NCBI RefSeq assembly: GCF_042666615.1
Contig: NZ_JBHTDD010000005.1
Span: forward strand, 80,997 to 144,996
DNA: 64,000 nt
DNA from: Plantactinospora sp. GCM10030261
GTDB lineage: Bacteria > Actinomycetota > Actinomycetes > Mycobacteriales > Micromonosporaceae
Reading direction: 5' to 3'
Part shown: positions 1 through 9,331 of the stretch, one piece after another
Layout of the letters: every line of letters begins with the position of its first letter
Numbering within the stretch: position 1 is the first letter of the stretch
Made by a program: the position numbers and the translations under genes
Notes under the pieces: model-generated
Database searches by the model: none
What the model saw: only the letters and a program-made list of their open reading frames with translations
What the model was told of the DNA's origin: nothing

Positions 1-589
1 CGAGTCGGTGCGCCGCCGGCCGTACTCGGTGGTGCTGCTGGACGAGGTGGAGAAGGCGCACCCGGACGTGTTCGACGTGTTGCTCCAGGTGCTCGACGAC
101 GGTCGGCTGACCGACGGGCAGGGGCGCACGGTGGACTTCCGCAACGCGATCCTGATCCTCACCTCCAACCTGGGGTCGTCGGTGGTCAGCGATCTGACGC
201 TGGGCGAGGAGCAGCGCCGGGAGGCGGTGCTGGCGGTGGTCCGCTCGCACTTCAAGCCGGAGTTCCTCAACCGGCTGGACGACATCGTGGTCTTCGCCGG
301 TCTCGGCAGCGAACAGTTGCGGTCCATCGTGGACATCCAGCTCGACCGGTTGGGACGGCGGTTGGCGGACCGCCGGCTGGTGCTCGACGTGTCCGACGCC
401 GCGCGGGCCTGGTTGGCCGAGCACGGGTACGACCCGATCTACGGTGCCCGCCCGCTGCGCCGTCTGGTGCAGTCGGCGATCGGCGACCAGCTCGCCAAGG
501 CGCTGCTGTCCGGCGACGTGCGCGACGGCGACACGGTCCGGGTCGATCTCGCCGACACCAAGGACGCCCTGACCATCACCCAAACCTGA
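1..589 (+). CDS. clpB: ATP-dependent chaperone ClpB, C-terminal fragment (5' end outside window)
   Basis: Translation 'VVLLDEVEKAHPDVFDVLLQVLDDGRLTDGQGRTVDFRNAILILTSNLGS...YDPIYGARPLRRLVQ' matches the AAA+ D2 small domain / C-terminus of ClpB/Hsp104-type chaperones; ORF runs off the 5' edge. Confidence 0.9.
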   Translation, partial: ESVRRRPYSVVLLDEVEKAHPDVFDVLLQVLDDGRLTDGQGRTVDFRNAILILTSNLGSSVVSDLTLGEEQRREAVLAVVRSHFKPEFLNRLDDIVVFAGLGSEQLRSIVDIQLDRLGRRLADRRLVLDVSDAARAWLAEHGYDPIYGARPLRRLVQSAIGDQLAKALLSGDVRDGDTVRVDLADTKDALTITQT

Positions 590-768
590 CCCCCACCCCC
601 ACCCCCACCCCCACCCCCGCACTCGCACTCGCACTCGCACTCGCACTCGCACTCGCCGGGTTGATCAAGAGGTTTGCGTCGGAGAAAGCCGTGATCACTG
701 ACGCAAACCTCTTGATCAACACGGTGGGGGGATCGACAGGGTGGGGGGATCGACGGGGTGGGGGAGGA
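590..768. repeat. Composite intergenic palindromic element, copy A: (CCCCCA)n tract, (GCACTC)7 hexamer microsatellite, 20-bp-arm hairpin (661-680 / 700-719, 19-nt loop), then G-tract direct repeats 'GGGTGGGGGGATCGAC' x2
   Basis: Seen directly. The C-rich 5' flank is complementary to the G-rich 3' flank. The inner hairpin 'TTGATCAAGAGGTTTGCGTC...GACGCAAACCTCTTGATCAA' recurs at 27521-27578 and 28659-28717. Confidence 0.8.
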
Positions 769-1165
769 TGGAGATATGGGTGGGAGAGGTGACTGGTCCG
801 GGATCGACGCGGCGTTGCGGGAGTTGGCCGGCGCCGACACGCTCGCCTTCGGTGGAGTCGGATTCGCCGGCCAGGTGCTGCCGGTGACCGAGGCGTACCG
901 GCTGGTGGAGCAGGCCCTGCCGGCGCGGGCCGAGGAACTGCGGCCGCGGCTGATGGAGCTGATCGAGAACGGATCGGCGGCCGGTCGGGCGTACGCCGTC
1001 ACGTTGCTCGACCGCTTCGACCCGGCCGCGGCCGGCGCCGCGTGGCGGTCGCTGCTCGACGACCGGTCCGAGTTCACCACGTTCACCGGTTGTGTCATGG
1101 GAAAAACAAGTCTGGGCGATTACGCGGCCGAGCGCATGCGCCCTGGACCACCACTGCGTGACTGA
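758..1165 (+). CDS. Hypothetical small protein, possibly HEAT/PBS-lyase-like repeat
   Basis: ORF with high GC3 codon bias; 'AAGRAYAVTLLDRFDPAAAGAAWRSLLDD' resembles HEAT-like repeats. The start sits inside the G-tract of the repeat element, so it is uncertain. Confidence 0.4.
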   Translation: MGEDGDMGGRGDWSGIDAALRELAGADTLAFGGVGFAGQVLPVTEAYRLVEQALPARAEELRPRLMELIENGSAAGRAYAVTLLDRFDPAAAGAAWRSLLDDRSEFTTFTGCVMGKTSLGDYAAERMRPGPPLRD

Positions 1166-1250
1166 CTGAATACTCAACAACGCCGGCATTTGCAGATGTG
1201 CACGGGGTTGTTACCGTCTCGCCCGACGCGAAGTCGATGGGGGCGGTGTG

Positions 1251-1892
1251 GTGAACGGGACGCTGACTTACCTGGTGACCGGCTTGGGGTGCCTGGTCGC
1301 CGTGGCCGGACTGGCGGTTGCTGTGATCATGTGGCGCCGGGCGCGGCGGCAGAGCACCGCGCCATCCGCCCCGGCCGACCCGTTCCGGCAGCCGGACGAC
1401 GACGCCGACGCGATGCGGGGCGATCCCCGCAAGCTGCGCCCGGGGGACATCGTCGAGATCCGTGGCAGCTCCTACGGGGTACGCGGCTCGCTGCACTTCA
1501 CCGAGGGTGACTGGGGCTGGGCCGAGCATCTGCTCGACGACGTACAGGGCGTCAAGCGGTGGCTCTCCGTCGAGGAGGACCCGGATCTGGAACTGGTGCT
1601 GTGGACCGCGGAACCGGGCGCCACCGTCACCCCGGGCGCGCCCACTGTCGACTTCGACGGCCGGCGGTTCGCCAGTGACGAGTCGGGTCGAGCCCGCTAC
1701 ACCGCCACCGGGACAACCGGACTCAATCCGACCGGCACCGTGCGGTACCACGATTACCAGGCGCCCGGCGGGGCCCGATTGTCGTTCGAGGCGTACGGCG
1801 ACAGCGGCAGCTGGGAAGTGGCCCGCGGCGAGGTGCTGCGCCGTCCCGAGGTCATGATTTATCCGCAGTCGGCCCCCGAGGGGAAGCGCTGA
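1251..1892 (+). CDS. DUF4178-domain membrane protein (Rv2597-like), first gene of a conserved operon
   Basis: N-terminal TM segment; the C-terminal 'WEVARGEVL...' region matches the DUF4178 pattern; size and position match mycobacterial Rv2597 upstream of speE. Confidence 0.7.
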   Translation: MNGTLTYLVTGLGCLVAVAGLAVAVIMWRRARRQSTAPSAPADPFRQPDDDADAMRGDPRKLRPGDIVEIRGSSYGVRGSLHFTEGDWGWAEHLLDDVQGVKRWLSVEEDPDLELVLWTAEPGATVTPGAPTVDFDGRRFASDESGRARYTATGTTGLNPTGTVRYHDYQAPGGARLSFEAYGDSGSWEVARGEVLRRPEVMIYPQSAPEGKR

Positions 1893-2392
1893 TGCTCGTC
1901 GACATAGACACCCCGTACGCCGACACCACGGCCGCCGACCTGAGCCTCGCCATCGACGGTCCGGAGCGGCCGGCGCTACACGTGCTCACGGTCACCCTGC
2001 CCGGCCTGGCCACGGTGCATCTGCGACTGCTCGGCGCCTCGCATCAGGTGGTGCTCGACATCTCCGGTACGGCCGTCCGGTCGGAGACCGTCGCCTGCCT
2101 CCCCGGCGCCGACCGGTTGCCCCGGGAGATGCACGACGACGCCGGGCGCTACCGGTTCACCTCCCGGGTGCTCCGGCTCGACCGGGTGGCCTTCGTCGAG
2201 CAGGTGGCGACGCTGCGCGACGAGCTGACCGACGACCCGCACGCGCTGGTAGGCGTTTTTCCCGGCGACCGGGACGCGGTCACGGCCCTGCGGGTCCGAC
2301 CCGATGGGGAGCGGGCCGTGCGGTGGCAGACCTGGCACGCGTACCCACAGACCGGTGAACTGGTCCAGACCGAGACGGTGGTGACCCCATGA
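1892..2392 (+). CDS. DUF2617-like conserved hypothetical protein (Rv2598-like)
   Basis: 166 aa. The start ATG overlaps the upstream stop (TGATG), indicating translational coupling. Position and size match Rv2598. Confidence 0.65.
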   Translation: MLVDIDTPYADTTAADLSLAIDGPERPALHVLTVTLPGLATVHLRLLGASHQVVLDISGTAVRSETVACLPGADRLPREMHDDAGRYRFTSRVLRLDRVAFVEQVATLRDELTDDPHALVGVFPGDRDAVTALRVRPDGERAVRWQTWHAYPQTGELVQTETVVTP

Positions 2393-2814
2393 CGCCTCGC
2401 AAGTGGTTCCTGCTCGGCACGATCTTCGCCGTGGTCGGTGTGCTGGTGGCGGCCTTCGGAATCTTCTACGGCAACTTCTCCCCCCGTGGCTACGTCGAGG
2501 ACCGGTACACCCGGGCGGCGGCGCGCGACATCGGGCGGGACGCCGTCGCGTACACCGCGAACCGGCCGCCGAGCCAGGTGGCGAAGGAGGTCACGGACGC
2601 CTGGCGGCCGGCCGACGAGTACGTCGACGGCAGTGGCGTCTACCTGCGCTACGACGACGACTCCGTGGTGATCCTGCCGCTCGCGGCCGGCTCGCTGATC
2701 CTGCTGGAGAAGACGTCCACCGCGTACCGGCGTTACCACTCCACCGTGGGCAACGCTTGGGGGTGGGGTCGGGGTAGCTCCGTCCGGGGCGGTGGCCCCG
2801 GGTCCGGCAAATAG
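2389..2814 (+). CDS. DUF4247-like membrane protein (Rv2599-like)
   Basis: 141 aa with an N-terminal TM helix ('WFLLGTIFAVVGVLVAAFGIFYG'); ATGA overlap with the upstream gene. Confidence 0.65.
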   Translation: MTPRKWFLLGTIFAVVGVLVAAFGIFYGNFSPRGYVEDRYTRAAARDIGRDAVAYTANRPPSQVAKEVTDAWRPADEYVDGSGVYLRYDDDSVVILPLAAGSLILLEKTSTAYRRYHSTVGNAWGWGRGSSVRGGGPGSGK

Positions 2815-2880
2815 GCCCGGCCCCGTATCCCTCAGTCCGCCGCTTCCGTCAGTCCGCCGCTTCCTCACCCTGGAGACACC

Positions 2881-3303
2881 GTGCCGAACCTCGTCACCGA
2901 CCTGATGATCACCCTGGCCTACGGCGCCGTCGGGGTGGTGCTCATGGGGATCGGGTACGTCCTTGTCGACCTGGCTACGCCGGGCCGGCTCAACGAGCTG
3001 ATCTGGGTCGACCGGAACCGCAACGCCGCTGTGCTACTCGCCTCCAACCTGGCCAGCGTCGGCATCATCGTGGTCGCCTCGATCATGGCGAGCGAGGACG
3101 ACTTCGCCCGCGGGATCATTGGCAGCGCGGCGTACGGCGTACTCGGCCTGGTGATCATGGCTGGGGCGTTCCTGCTGCTGGACGTGGCCACGCCGGGCAA
3201 GCTCGGGGAGATCCTGGTGGATCCGCAGCCGCATCCGGCGGTCTGGGTCTCCGCCACGGTGCACCTCGCCACCGGCGCGGTCATCGCGGCCGCCATCAGC
3301 TGA
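2881..3303 (+). CDS. DUF350-family small integral membrane protein (Rv2600-like)
   Basis: 140 aa. Two internally duplicated halves, each with 2 TM ('LAYGAVGVVLMGIGYVLVDLATPGRLNELI' and 'AAYGVLGLVIMAGAFLLLDVATPGKLGEIL'), which is typical of DUF350. Confidence 0.75.
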   Translation: MPNLVTDLMITLAYGAVGVVLMGIGYVLVDLATPGRLNELIWVDRNRNAAVLLASNLASVGIIVVASIMASEDDFARGIIGSAAYGVLGLVIMAGAFLLLDVATPGKLGEILVDPQPHPAVWVSATVHLATGAVIAAAIS

Positions 3304-4094
3304 TGCGCGGGTCGTACGTGGCCGGCCGGGCCGCCCTCGTCATGGTGGGCACGGCGACCGCCGTGTTCGGCTTCGCCGGTCCGGCGAGGGCCGAACCGGT
3401 GCCGCCGCCGACCCTGCCCGAACGGACCGACACCGTCGCGGTGCTGGACCGCTCGGCACAGAGCCAAAACATCTGCTTCGGCTGGCGGCTCGCCGACCGG
3501 TACCGGGACCGGGAGGTGAGCGTCGGGTCGAACCTGGGCGACGGGGTGCCGGTGGACAGCGACCCGCAGCGCTGCCCACGCTGGATCGAGGTCGCCGGCA
3601 CGGTCGTCTATACCTCGGAGAGCAGTGAGAGCGAGGACTACGCGAGCCTGTCGGTCGAGTCCTCCGCCGGCCTGGACGCCTTCGGCATGGAGGCCGACCT
3701 GGGGCGGTTCGGCCTCGACGAGAAGGCGTTCGTGGACGATCCGGGCTGGGCGATCTGCCGGGCCGCCACCATCCTCCCGCTGCTGGCGGTCGAGCGGGAA
3801 CTGGCCAGCCCGGCGCCGGTGATCACCGCCGAACCGGCCGCCGCGGTGACCCCGCTGGCCGACGCGGGCAGCGACATGTGGCGGGACCGCTGGGGTTACT
3901 TCGCCGGAGCGCTCGGTCTGCTGCTGGTGACCGGACTGCTGGTGGCTATCGGGCTGGTTCAGCGGCGCAAGGAGCACAACCGGGACGCCGAGGCGCAGCG
4001 CCGGCTCGCGGCCCGGCAGCGACGGCAGCAGCGGACCGCGAAGGACTTCGCCCCCGGCCCCCGGACCGGCCGACGTACCGGGGATGGCGGGTGA
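3303..4094 (+). CDS. Secreted, C-terminally membrane-anchored hypothetical protein
   Basis: Signal peptide '...AVFGFAGPARA/EP'; C-terminal TM 'GALGLLLVTGLLVAIGLV' followed by a basic tail; TGATG overlap with the upstream gene. This gene is inserted relative to the mycobacterial Rv2597-2601 layout. Confidence 0.65.
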   Translation: MRGSYVAGRAALVMVGTATAVFGFAGPARAEPVPPPTLPERTDTVAVLDRSAQSQNICFGWRLADRYRDREVSVGSNLGDGVPVDSDPQRCPRWIEVAGTVVYTSESSESEDYASLSVESSAGLDAFGMEADLGRFGLDEKAFVDDPGWAICRAATILPLLAVERELASPAPVITAEPAAAVTPLADAGSDMWRDRWGYFAGALGLLLVTGLLVAIGLVQRRKEHNRDAEAQRRLAARQRRQQRTAKDFAPGPRTGRRTGDGG

Positions 4095-5659
4095 GCGTCG
4101 CGACGCCGACCCACCCGCGCTGGCGACTGGCCCGCGCGGGTGTCCTGCTCGCGGTCTTCGTCTGCGCCGCCTGCGGCCTGGTGTACGAACTGGCGCTGGT
4201 GGCGCTCGGCAGCTACCTGATCGGTGACACGGTCGGGCAGGCGTCGATCGTGCTGGGCGTGATGGTTTTCGCGATGGGCCTCGGGGCGTTGGCCGCCAAG
4301 CCGTTGCAGTCCCGCGCGGCCGCCGCGTTCGCCGCCGTCGAGTTGGTCCTCGCGCTGCTCGGCGGGTTGTCGGTGCTGCTGCTCTACGCCGCGTTCGCCT
4401 GGCTCAACCTGTACGCACCGGCGCTGGTGGTGACCGCCTTCGTGCTCGGCCTGTTGATCGGTGCGGAGATCCCGCTGCTGATGGTGCTTTTGCAACGGAT
4501 CAGGGAACAGGCCGCCGGCAGCGCGGTGGCTGACCTGTTCGCCGCCGACTACGTGGGCGCGCTGCTCGGCGGGTTGGCCTTCCCGTTCCTGCTGATTCCG
4601 GTGTTCGGTCAGCTCAGGGGTGCCCTGGTGGTGGGGGCGGTGAACGCGCTCGCCGGGGTGGTCCTGGTCTTCACCGTTTTCCGGAAGGACCTCGGCCGGC
4701 GGTCCCGGATCGTGCTCACCGCCGGGTCCGCCGTGGTGGCGCTCTGTCTCGGGTACGCGTACGCCATGGCACACGACTTCGAGGTGACCTCGCGGCAGCA
4801 GCTCTACCGGGACCCGGTGGTGTACGCGGAACGCAGCCGTTACCAGGAGATCGTGTTGACCCGGTCGGCGTCGGTGGCCGGCCGGCCCGGCACCGACCTG
4901 CGGCTGTTCCTCAACGGCGACCTGCAGTTCAGTTCCGTCGACGAGTACCGCTACCACGAGGCGCTGGTCCACCCGGCGCTCGCCGGTGCCCGCTCGTCGG
5001 TGCTGGTTCTGGGGGCCGGTGACGGGCTGGCCGTGCGGGAACTGCTGCGTTACCCCGACGTACGGCGGGTCACCGTGGTCGACCTGGATCCGGCGGTGGT
5101 GGCGTTGGCCCGCCGGGAGCCGCAGTTGCGACAGCTCAACGCGCACGCCTTCGACGATCCCCGGGTCCGGGTGGTGAACGCGGACGCGTTCGGCTGGCTG
5201 CGCACCGCCGCCGAGCGGTTCGACGCGGTCGTGGCCGACCTGCCGGACCCGGACGAGACGGCCACCGCCAAGCTCTACACCGTCGAGTTCTACGAGCTGA
5301 TCCGGTCGGTGCTGGGCGACGAGGGCCGGCTGGTGGTGCAGTCCGGCTCGCCGTACTTCGCCCCCCGGTCGTTCTGGTCGATCGAGGCGTCCGTGCGGGC
5401 GGCCGGGTTCGCGACCACTCCGTACCACGTCGATGTGCCGTCTTTCGGCGACTGGGGGTTCGTGTTGGCGGCGCCGGGCGGCACCGCTCCCGAGCTGAGG
5501 CTGCCCGAGGAGCATCCGGCGACCCGCTTCCTCGATGGCGACACGCTGCGGATGGCGGCCGTCTTCCCCGCGGACCGGCGCCGGCTGGACGTGCCAGCGT
5601 CCACCCTGCTGCACCCCCGGGTGTTGGAGTTCTCCCGGGCCGAGTGGCGGGACTACTGA
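4092..5659 (+). CDS. speE: Polyamine aminopropyltransferase (spermidine synthase-like) with N-terminal multi-TM domain
   Basis: GTGA overlap start. The N-terminal half has 6-7 TM helices. The C-terminal half carries the spermidine-synthase fold motifs 'VLVLGAGDGLAVRELLRY...VVDLDPAVV...VVADLPDP'. About 522 aa, like Rv2601. Confidence 0.8.
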
Positions 5660-5772
5660 CCGCGCCGCGGTGCGGGCGAAACACGGCCTGGTCCGGCGGG
5701 TCGTTCCTGTTTCACCCCGATCGCTGGCAGGGTATCGATACCCTGTTTCGTGGCTCTAGGAAAGGAGCGTTC

Positions 5773-6531
5773 GTGTCGGATCCGAGCAATCCGGTCGCAC
5801 CGACGGCCGGGGCACGTCCGAGCAGCGTCACGATCTCCAGCTATCTGCTGTACGCGGTCGCCGCACTGCAGGTGATCAACGCCATCATCGGACTCGCCTA
5901 CCTTGGCAAGGTCCAGGACGCCTACCGTGATCTCTACGCGGGCACCAGCGTGGAGGGCGCGGAGACGGCGACGGCGATCGGCGCCATTGCCGGCACCGTC
6001 GTCCTCCTGCTCATCGCCATCGGCCTCGTCGTGCTGGCGGTGCTCAACAACCGGGGCAAGAACGCTTCCCGGATCACCACCTGGGTGGTCGGTGGCATCG
6101 GAGCCTGCTGCCTCGGCTTCGGCCTTCTCGGCACGGCCCTGAGCAACTCGATGGGCAACGCGGGCGGCGACGCGCCGAGCGCCGCCGAGATCCAGCAGCG
6201 GCTCGACGAGGTGCTCCCCGGCTGGTACGGCCCGGTCACCAACACGTTGACGACGCTCGCCCTGCTCGCGCTGCTTGCGGCGCTGATCCTGCTGGCCCTG
6301 CCGGCGTCCAACCAGTTCTTCCGCAAGCCGCAGCCGGGTCACGGGGAGCCACCGGTGCCGGGTGGCACCTACCCCGGCTACCCGCAGGGCGGCGGTGGCG
6401 CGCCGGAGCCGGGCTACCCGTCCGCCCCCGGCTACCCGTCCACCCCCGGGCAGCCGACGGCCCACCCGCAGGAGCCGGGCCCGCGGACGGACCGGGACGA
6501 CAAGCCGCCGTCGACCCCACCGGCCGGCTGA
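5773..6531 (+). CDS. Membrane protein with 4 TM helices and Pro/Gly-rich C-terminal tail
   Basis: Strong RBS 'AGGAAAGGAG' 6 nt before GTG at 5773; hydrophobic segments; C-terminus 'PGYPQGGGGAPEPGYPSAPGYPSTPGQP'. Confidence 0.65.
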   Translation: MSDPSNPVAPTAGARPSSVTISSYLLYAVAALQVINAIIGLAYLGKVQDAYRDLYAGTSVEGAETATAIGAIAGTVVLLLIAIGLVVLAVLNNRGKNASRITTWVVGGIGACCLGFGLLGTALSNSMGNAGGDAPSAAEIQQRLDEVLPGWYGPVTNTLTTLALLALLAALILLALPASNQFFRKPQPGHGEPPVPGGTYPGYPQGGGGAPEPGYPSAPGYPSTPGQPTAHPQEPGPRTDRDDKPPSTPPAG

Positions 6532-6623
6532 GTCGTACCGGCACGACGTCCGATCCCCCCGGGTAGGTTGCTCACAACACAACTCCCGGGGGGATCGTCG
6601 TGTCTCAGGCAGGAGGAGATTCG

Positions 6624-7232
6624 ATGTCGGACGCTCCGCCGCACCGGCCCGCGGCCGTGACCGGCGCGGCCGCGATGCTGGTGCTGATGGCGACGGTCGG
6701 CCTGGCGCACGCGGTGCTCGGCCTGGCGATCCTGTCGGGCACGGTCGACCGGTTCCGCGCGGCCACCGCCAGCACCGCCGCCAGCCGGTCGGAGCTTGGC
6801 ACGGTGGTGTTCCTGATGCGCGGCGCCGCGGCCCTCGCCACGCTGATCGGGGTGGGCGTCGCGGTGCTTCTGGTGCTGCTGGCCCTGGGATTGATCCGGG
6901 GGACGCCGGGCGCCCGGGTCGCGACCTGGGTGGTCTGCGGGCTCGGCACGCTGCTCGGCTGCGGAGCGCTCACCGTGACGGTGCTGCAACGGACGGTGCC
7001 GATGGAGTTCGGCCCCGACGAACTGGCCACGGAACAACTGGTCACAGCCGCGGGAAGCGCCTATCCGGACTGGTGGGCCGGCCTGGGCGCGACCCTTTCG
7101 GTGGCTCAGGGCCTCGGCTACCTTGTGGTGGCCGGACTGCTCGCGTTGCCGCCGGCGGCCGCCTTCTTCCGCCGGCGCGGGGGTGACGACCACACCCGAG
7201 CGCGACCCCCTGTTCCGGCCGTCCCGTCGTAG
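6624..7232 (+). CDS. Membrane protein, paralogous in architecture to the 5773-6531 gene
   Basis: RBS 'GGAGGAG' before ATG at 6624; 4 predicted TM helices in the same layout as the upstream gene. Confidence 0.6.
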   Translation: MSDAPPHRPAAVTGAAAMLVLMATVGLAHAVLGLAILSGTVDRFRAATASTAASRSELGTVVFLMRGAAALATLIGVGVAVLLVLLALGLIRGTPGARVATWVVCGLGTLLGCGALTVTVLQRTVPMEFGPDELATEQLVTAAGSAYPDWWAGLGATLSVAQGLGYLVVAGLLALPPAAAFFRRRGGDDHTRARPPVPAVPS

Positions 7233-7254
7233 ACCAGCGAGGTGAGGACCGCCC

Positions 7255-8088
7255 GTGTCAGCCCCTGACGTGCCCAGCTCTGAACGATCGTCGCGTCGCG
7301 CCGGGGCGGCCCTCGTCACCGGGGCCACCTCCGGTATCGGTGCCGCCTTCGCCCGCCGTCTCGCCGCCGACGGATGGCGCCTGGTGCTGGTGGCGCGGGA
7401 CGCCGAACGGTTGGCGGTGGTCGCCGCCGAGCTGCGCGAGCGGCACGGTACGCCGGTGGACGTGCTGCCCGCGGACCTGTCCACCGAGGCCGGCACAGGA
7501 CAGGTCGAGGATCGGCTCCGGTCCGCCGACGAACCCGTGGACCTGTTGGTGAACAACGCCGGGATCAGCTTGAACCGGCCGTTCCTGCGCTCCTCCGCGG
7601 ACGATGAGGCCCGGCTGCTCAGGCTCAACGTGTTGGCTGTCCTGCGCTTGACGCACGCGGCCCTGCCCGGGATGACCGAACGCCGGCGTGGGGCAGTGAT
7701 AAATGTCTCTTCGGTTGCCGGGTTCGGGGCGGTTATGCCGGGGTCGACCTACTCGGCGAGCAAAGCGTGGGTAACCAACTCCAGCGAATCCGTCGGCCAG
7801 TCGGTGCGTCCGTTCGGCGTACGGGTGATGGCGCTGTGTCCCGGCTACACGCGGACCGAGTTCCACGACCGGGCTGGCATCAACATGTCCAAGACGCCCC
7901 GCTGGCTCTGGCTGCGGGCCGACGACGTGGTCGCCGAGGGCCTACGTGACCTGCACAAAGGCAAGCTTGTCAGCGTCCCTGACTGGAAGTACAAGCTTGC
8001 CGTGTTCGGCCTGCGGCACACGCCCCGAGGTGTGCTGCACGGCGTGGCCCGAGACACCCGCGGCCGGATCGGGCGGGACGCGGGATAA
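7255..8088 (+). CDS. SDR-family short-chain dehydrogenase/oxidoreductase
   Basis: Cofactor motif 'LVTGATSGIGAAFARRLA', 'NNAGI', and catalytic 'YSASKAW'. Confidence 0.85.
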   Translation: MSAPDVPSSERSSRRAGAALVTGATSGIGAAFARRLAADGWRLVLVARDAERLAVVAAELRERHGTPVDVLPADLSTEAGTGQVEDRLRSADEPVDLLVNNAGISLNRPFLRSSADDEARLLRLNVLAVLRLTHAALPGMTERRRGAVINVSSVAGFGAVMPGSTYSASKAWVTNSSESVGQSVRPFGVRVMALCPGYTRTEFHDRAGINMSKTPRWLWLRADDVVAEGLRDLHKGKLVSVPDWKYKLAVFGLRHTPRGVLHGVARDTRGRIGRDAG

Positions 8089-8211
8089 CCCCGCCACCGG
8101 GTCGGGCACCCCTGCGGGGTCGGGCAGACATCGATGCCGTCGGTTCCCTCCGAGAGCGACGGCCCGGGCCACTCAACTAACTCTCAGGCACGCGCAGTAC
8201 GATCTTCGACC

Positions 8212-8748
8212 ATGGGCGACCGTGACGACCTGCGAAAATTCATCACCGACTTGGCCGTGGTCCATGGACGAGTGGTGTTGTCGTCAGGTCGCGAGGCCGA
8301 CTGGTACGTCGATCTGCGACGGGTGACGCTGCACCACGCGGCGGCACCTCTGGTGGGTCGGGTGATGTCGGACCTCACCAAGGACTGGGACTACACGGCC
8401 GTCGGCGGGTTGACCCTCGGCGCCGATCCGATCGCCGCCGCGATGTTGCACGCGGGGGCGGACCGGCGGCCGGTGGACGCGTTCGTGGTCCGCAAGACCG
8501 ACAAGACGCACGGCCTGCAACGACGGATCGAGGGTCCGGACGTCGTCGGCCGTCGGGTGTTGGCGGTCGAGGACACCTCGACGACGGGCAGCAGCGTGCT
8601 GTCCGCGGTCGAGGCATTACGTGGAGTCGGAGCCGAGGTGGTGGGTGTGGCGGTTATCGTCGATCGAGGGGCGGGAGAGGCGGTACGCGCCGCCGGACTG
8701 CCGTATCGGGCCGCCTATACGTTGGCTGACCTCGGCCTACCGGCTTAA
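8212..8748 (+). CDS. pyrE: Orotate phosphoribosyltransferase
   Basis: PRPP-binding motif 'VLAVEDTSTTGSSVLSAVEAL' and overall OPRT architecture. The ATG at 8212 is the likely start; the ORF extends upstream to 8134. Confidence 0.85.
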   Translation: MGDRDDLRKFITDLAVVHGRVVLSSGREADWYVDLRRVTLHHAAAPLVGRVMSDLTKDWDYTAVGGLTLGADPIAAAMLHAGADRRPVDAFVVRKTDKTHGLQRRIEGPDVVGRRVLAVEDTSTTGSSVLSAVEALRGVGAEVVGVAVIVDRGAGEAVRAAGLPYRAAYTLADLGLPA

Positions 8749-8805
8749 AAGTTTACCGATTCGGATCTGCTGATATGCAGGCGGGTCGATGCTGTTGGTG
8801 GAAGG

Positions 8806-9183
8806 ATGGAATACGTGGGAACTGCGTTGGCCGAAATGACTATGCCTCAGATCTCGCCGCTCGCCGGCGAGCCGATCGAACGTGCCGACGCCGAGCGACT
8901 GGCGGGAGTGCTCAAGGCACTCGCCGACCCGGCTCGGCTGCGGCTGCTCAGCCTCATCCAGTCGGCCCCCGAGGGCGAGGCGTGCGTGTGTGACCTCACC
9001 GCGCCGCTGGGCCTCTCCCAGCCGACGGTGAGCCACCACCTCCGCATCCTCACCGAAGCGGGCCTGCTCGAGCGGGAAAAGCGTGGTGTGTGGGCCTACT
9101 ACCGGCTGGTGCCGACGGCGATCGCGACGATCGCCGATCTGCTCACCCCGCCGCGCAAGCGCGCCACCAAGAAGGCTCGCTGA
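8806..9183 (+). CDS. ArsR/SmtB-family metalloregulator-like transcriptional regulator
   Basis: Winged HTH 'LKALADPARLRLLSLI...CVCDL...LSQPTVSHHLRILTEAGLL'; the CVC metal-site residues are typical of the ArsR/SmtB family. Confidence 0.85.
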   Translation: MEYVGTALAEMTMPQISPLAGEPIERADAERLAGVLKALADPARLRLLSLIQSAPEGEACVCDLTAPLGLSQPTVSHHLRILTEAGLLEREKRGVWAYYRLVPTAIATIADLLTPPRKRATKKAR

Positions 9184-9198
9184 CCCGACCGGCCGCCC

Positions 9199-9224
9199 GG
9201 TGCCCCTCCCGGTGGAGGGGCACC
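9199..9224. terminator. Bidirectional hairpin terminator between convergent arsR-like and dedA genes
   Basis: Perfect 11-bp stem 'GGTGCCCCTCC' / 'GGAGGGGCACC' with a 4-nt loop, seen directly. Confidence 0.6.
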
Positions 9225-9331
9225 GCACGGCCGGCGCGAGTCGTCGTACCCGGCGGCGTGCCGATCAGGCGCTGACCCGATCGGTGTGCCCGTGCGCGGT
9301 GCGATGGGTCAGTGCGCCTTGGTGAACACCC

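Noticed and set aside
619-656. Possible CRISPR array from the (GCACTC)7 repeat
   Set aside because: It is a 6-nt unit with no spacers and no cas genes, so it is a microsatellite, not a CRISPR array.
439-1189. Minus-strand ORFs (219 and 157 aa) across the clpB 3' end and the repeat element
   Set aside because: They translate the microsatellite and G-tract into poly-Gly/(EC)n strings. That is an artefact of the repeat.
3959-5614. 551-aa minus-strand ORF antisense to the speE-like gene
   Set aside because: The sense strand encodes a recognisable spermidine-synthase fold plus TM domain; the antisense product is low complexity.
5653-7628. Overlapping minus-strand ORFs 5653-6582 and 6432-7628
   Set aside because: They are antisense to the two membrane protein genes and the SDR gene, and are Arg/Gly/Pro-rich with no features.
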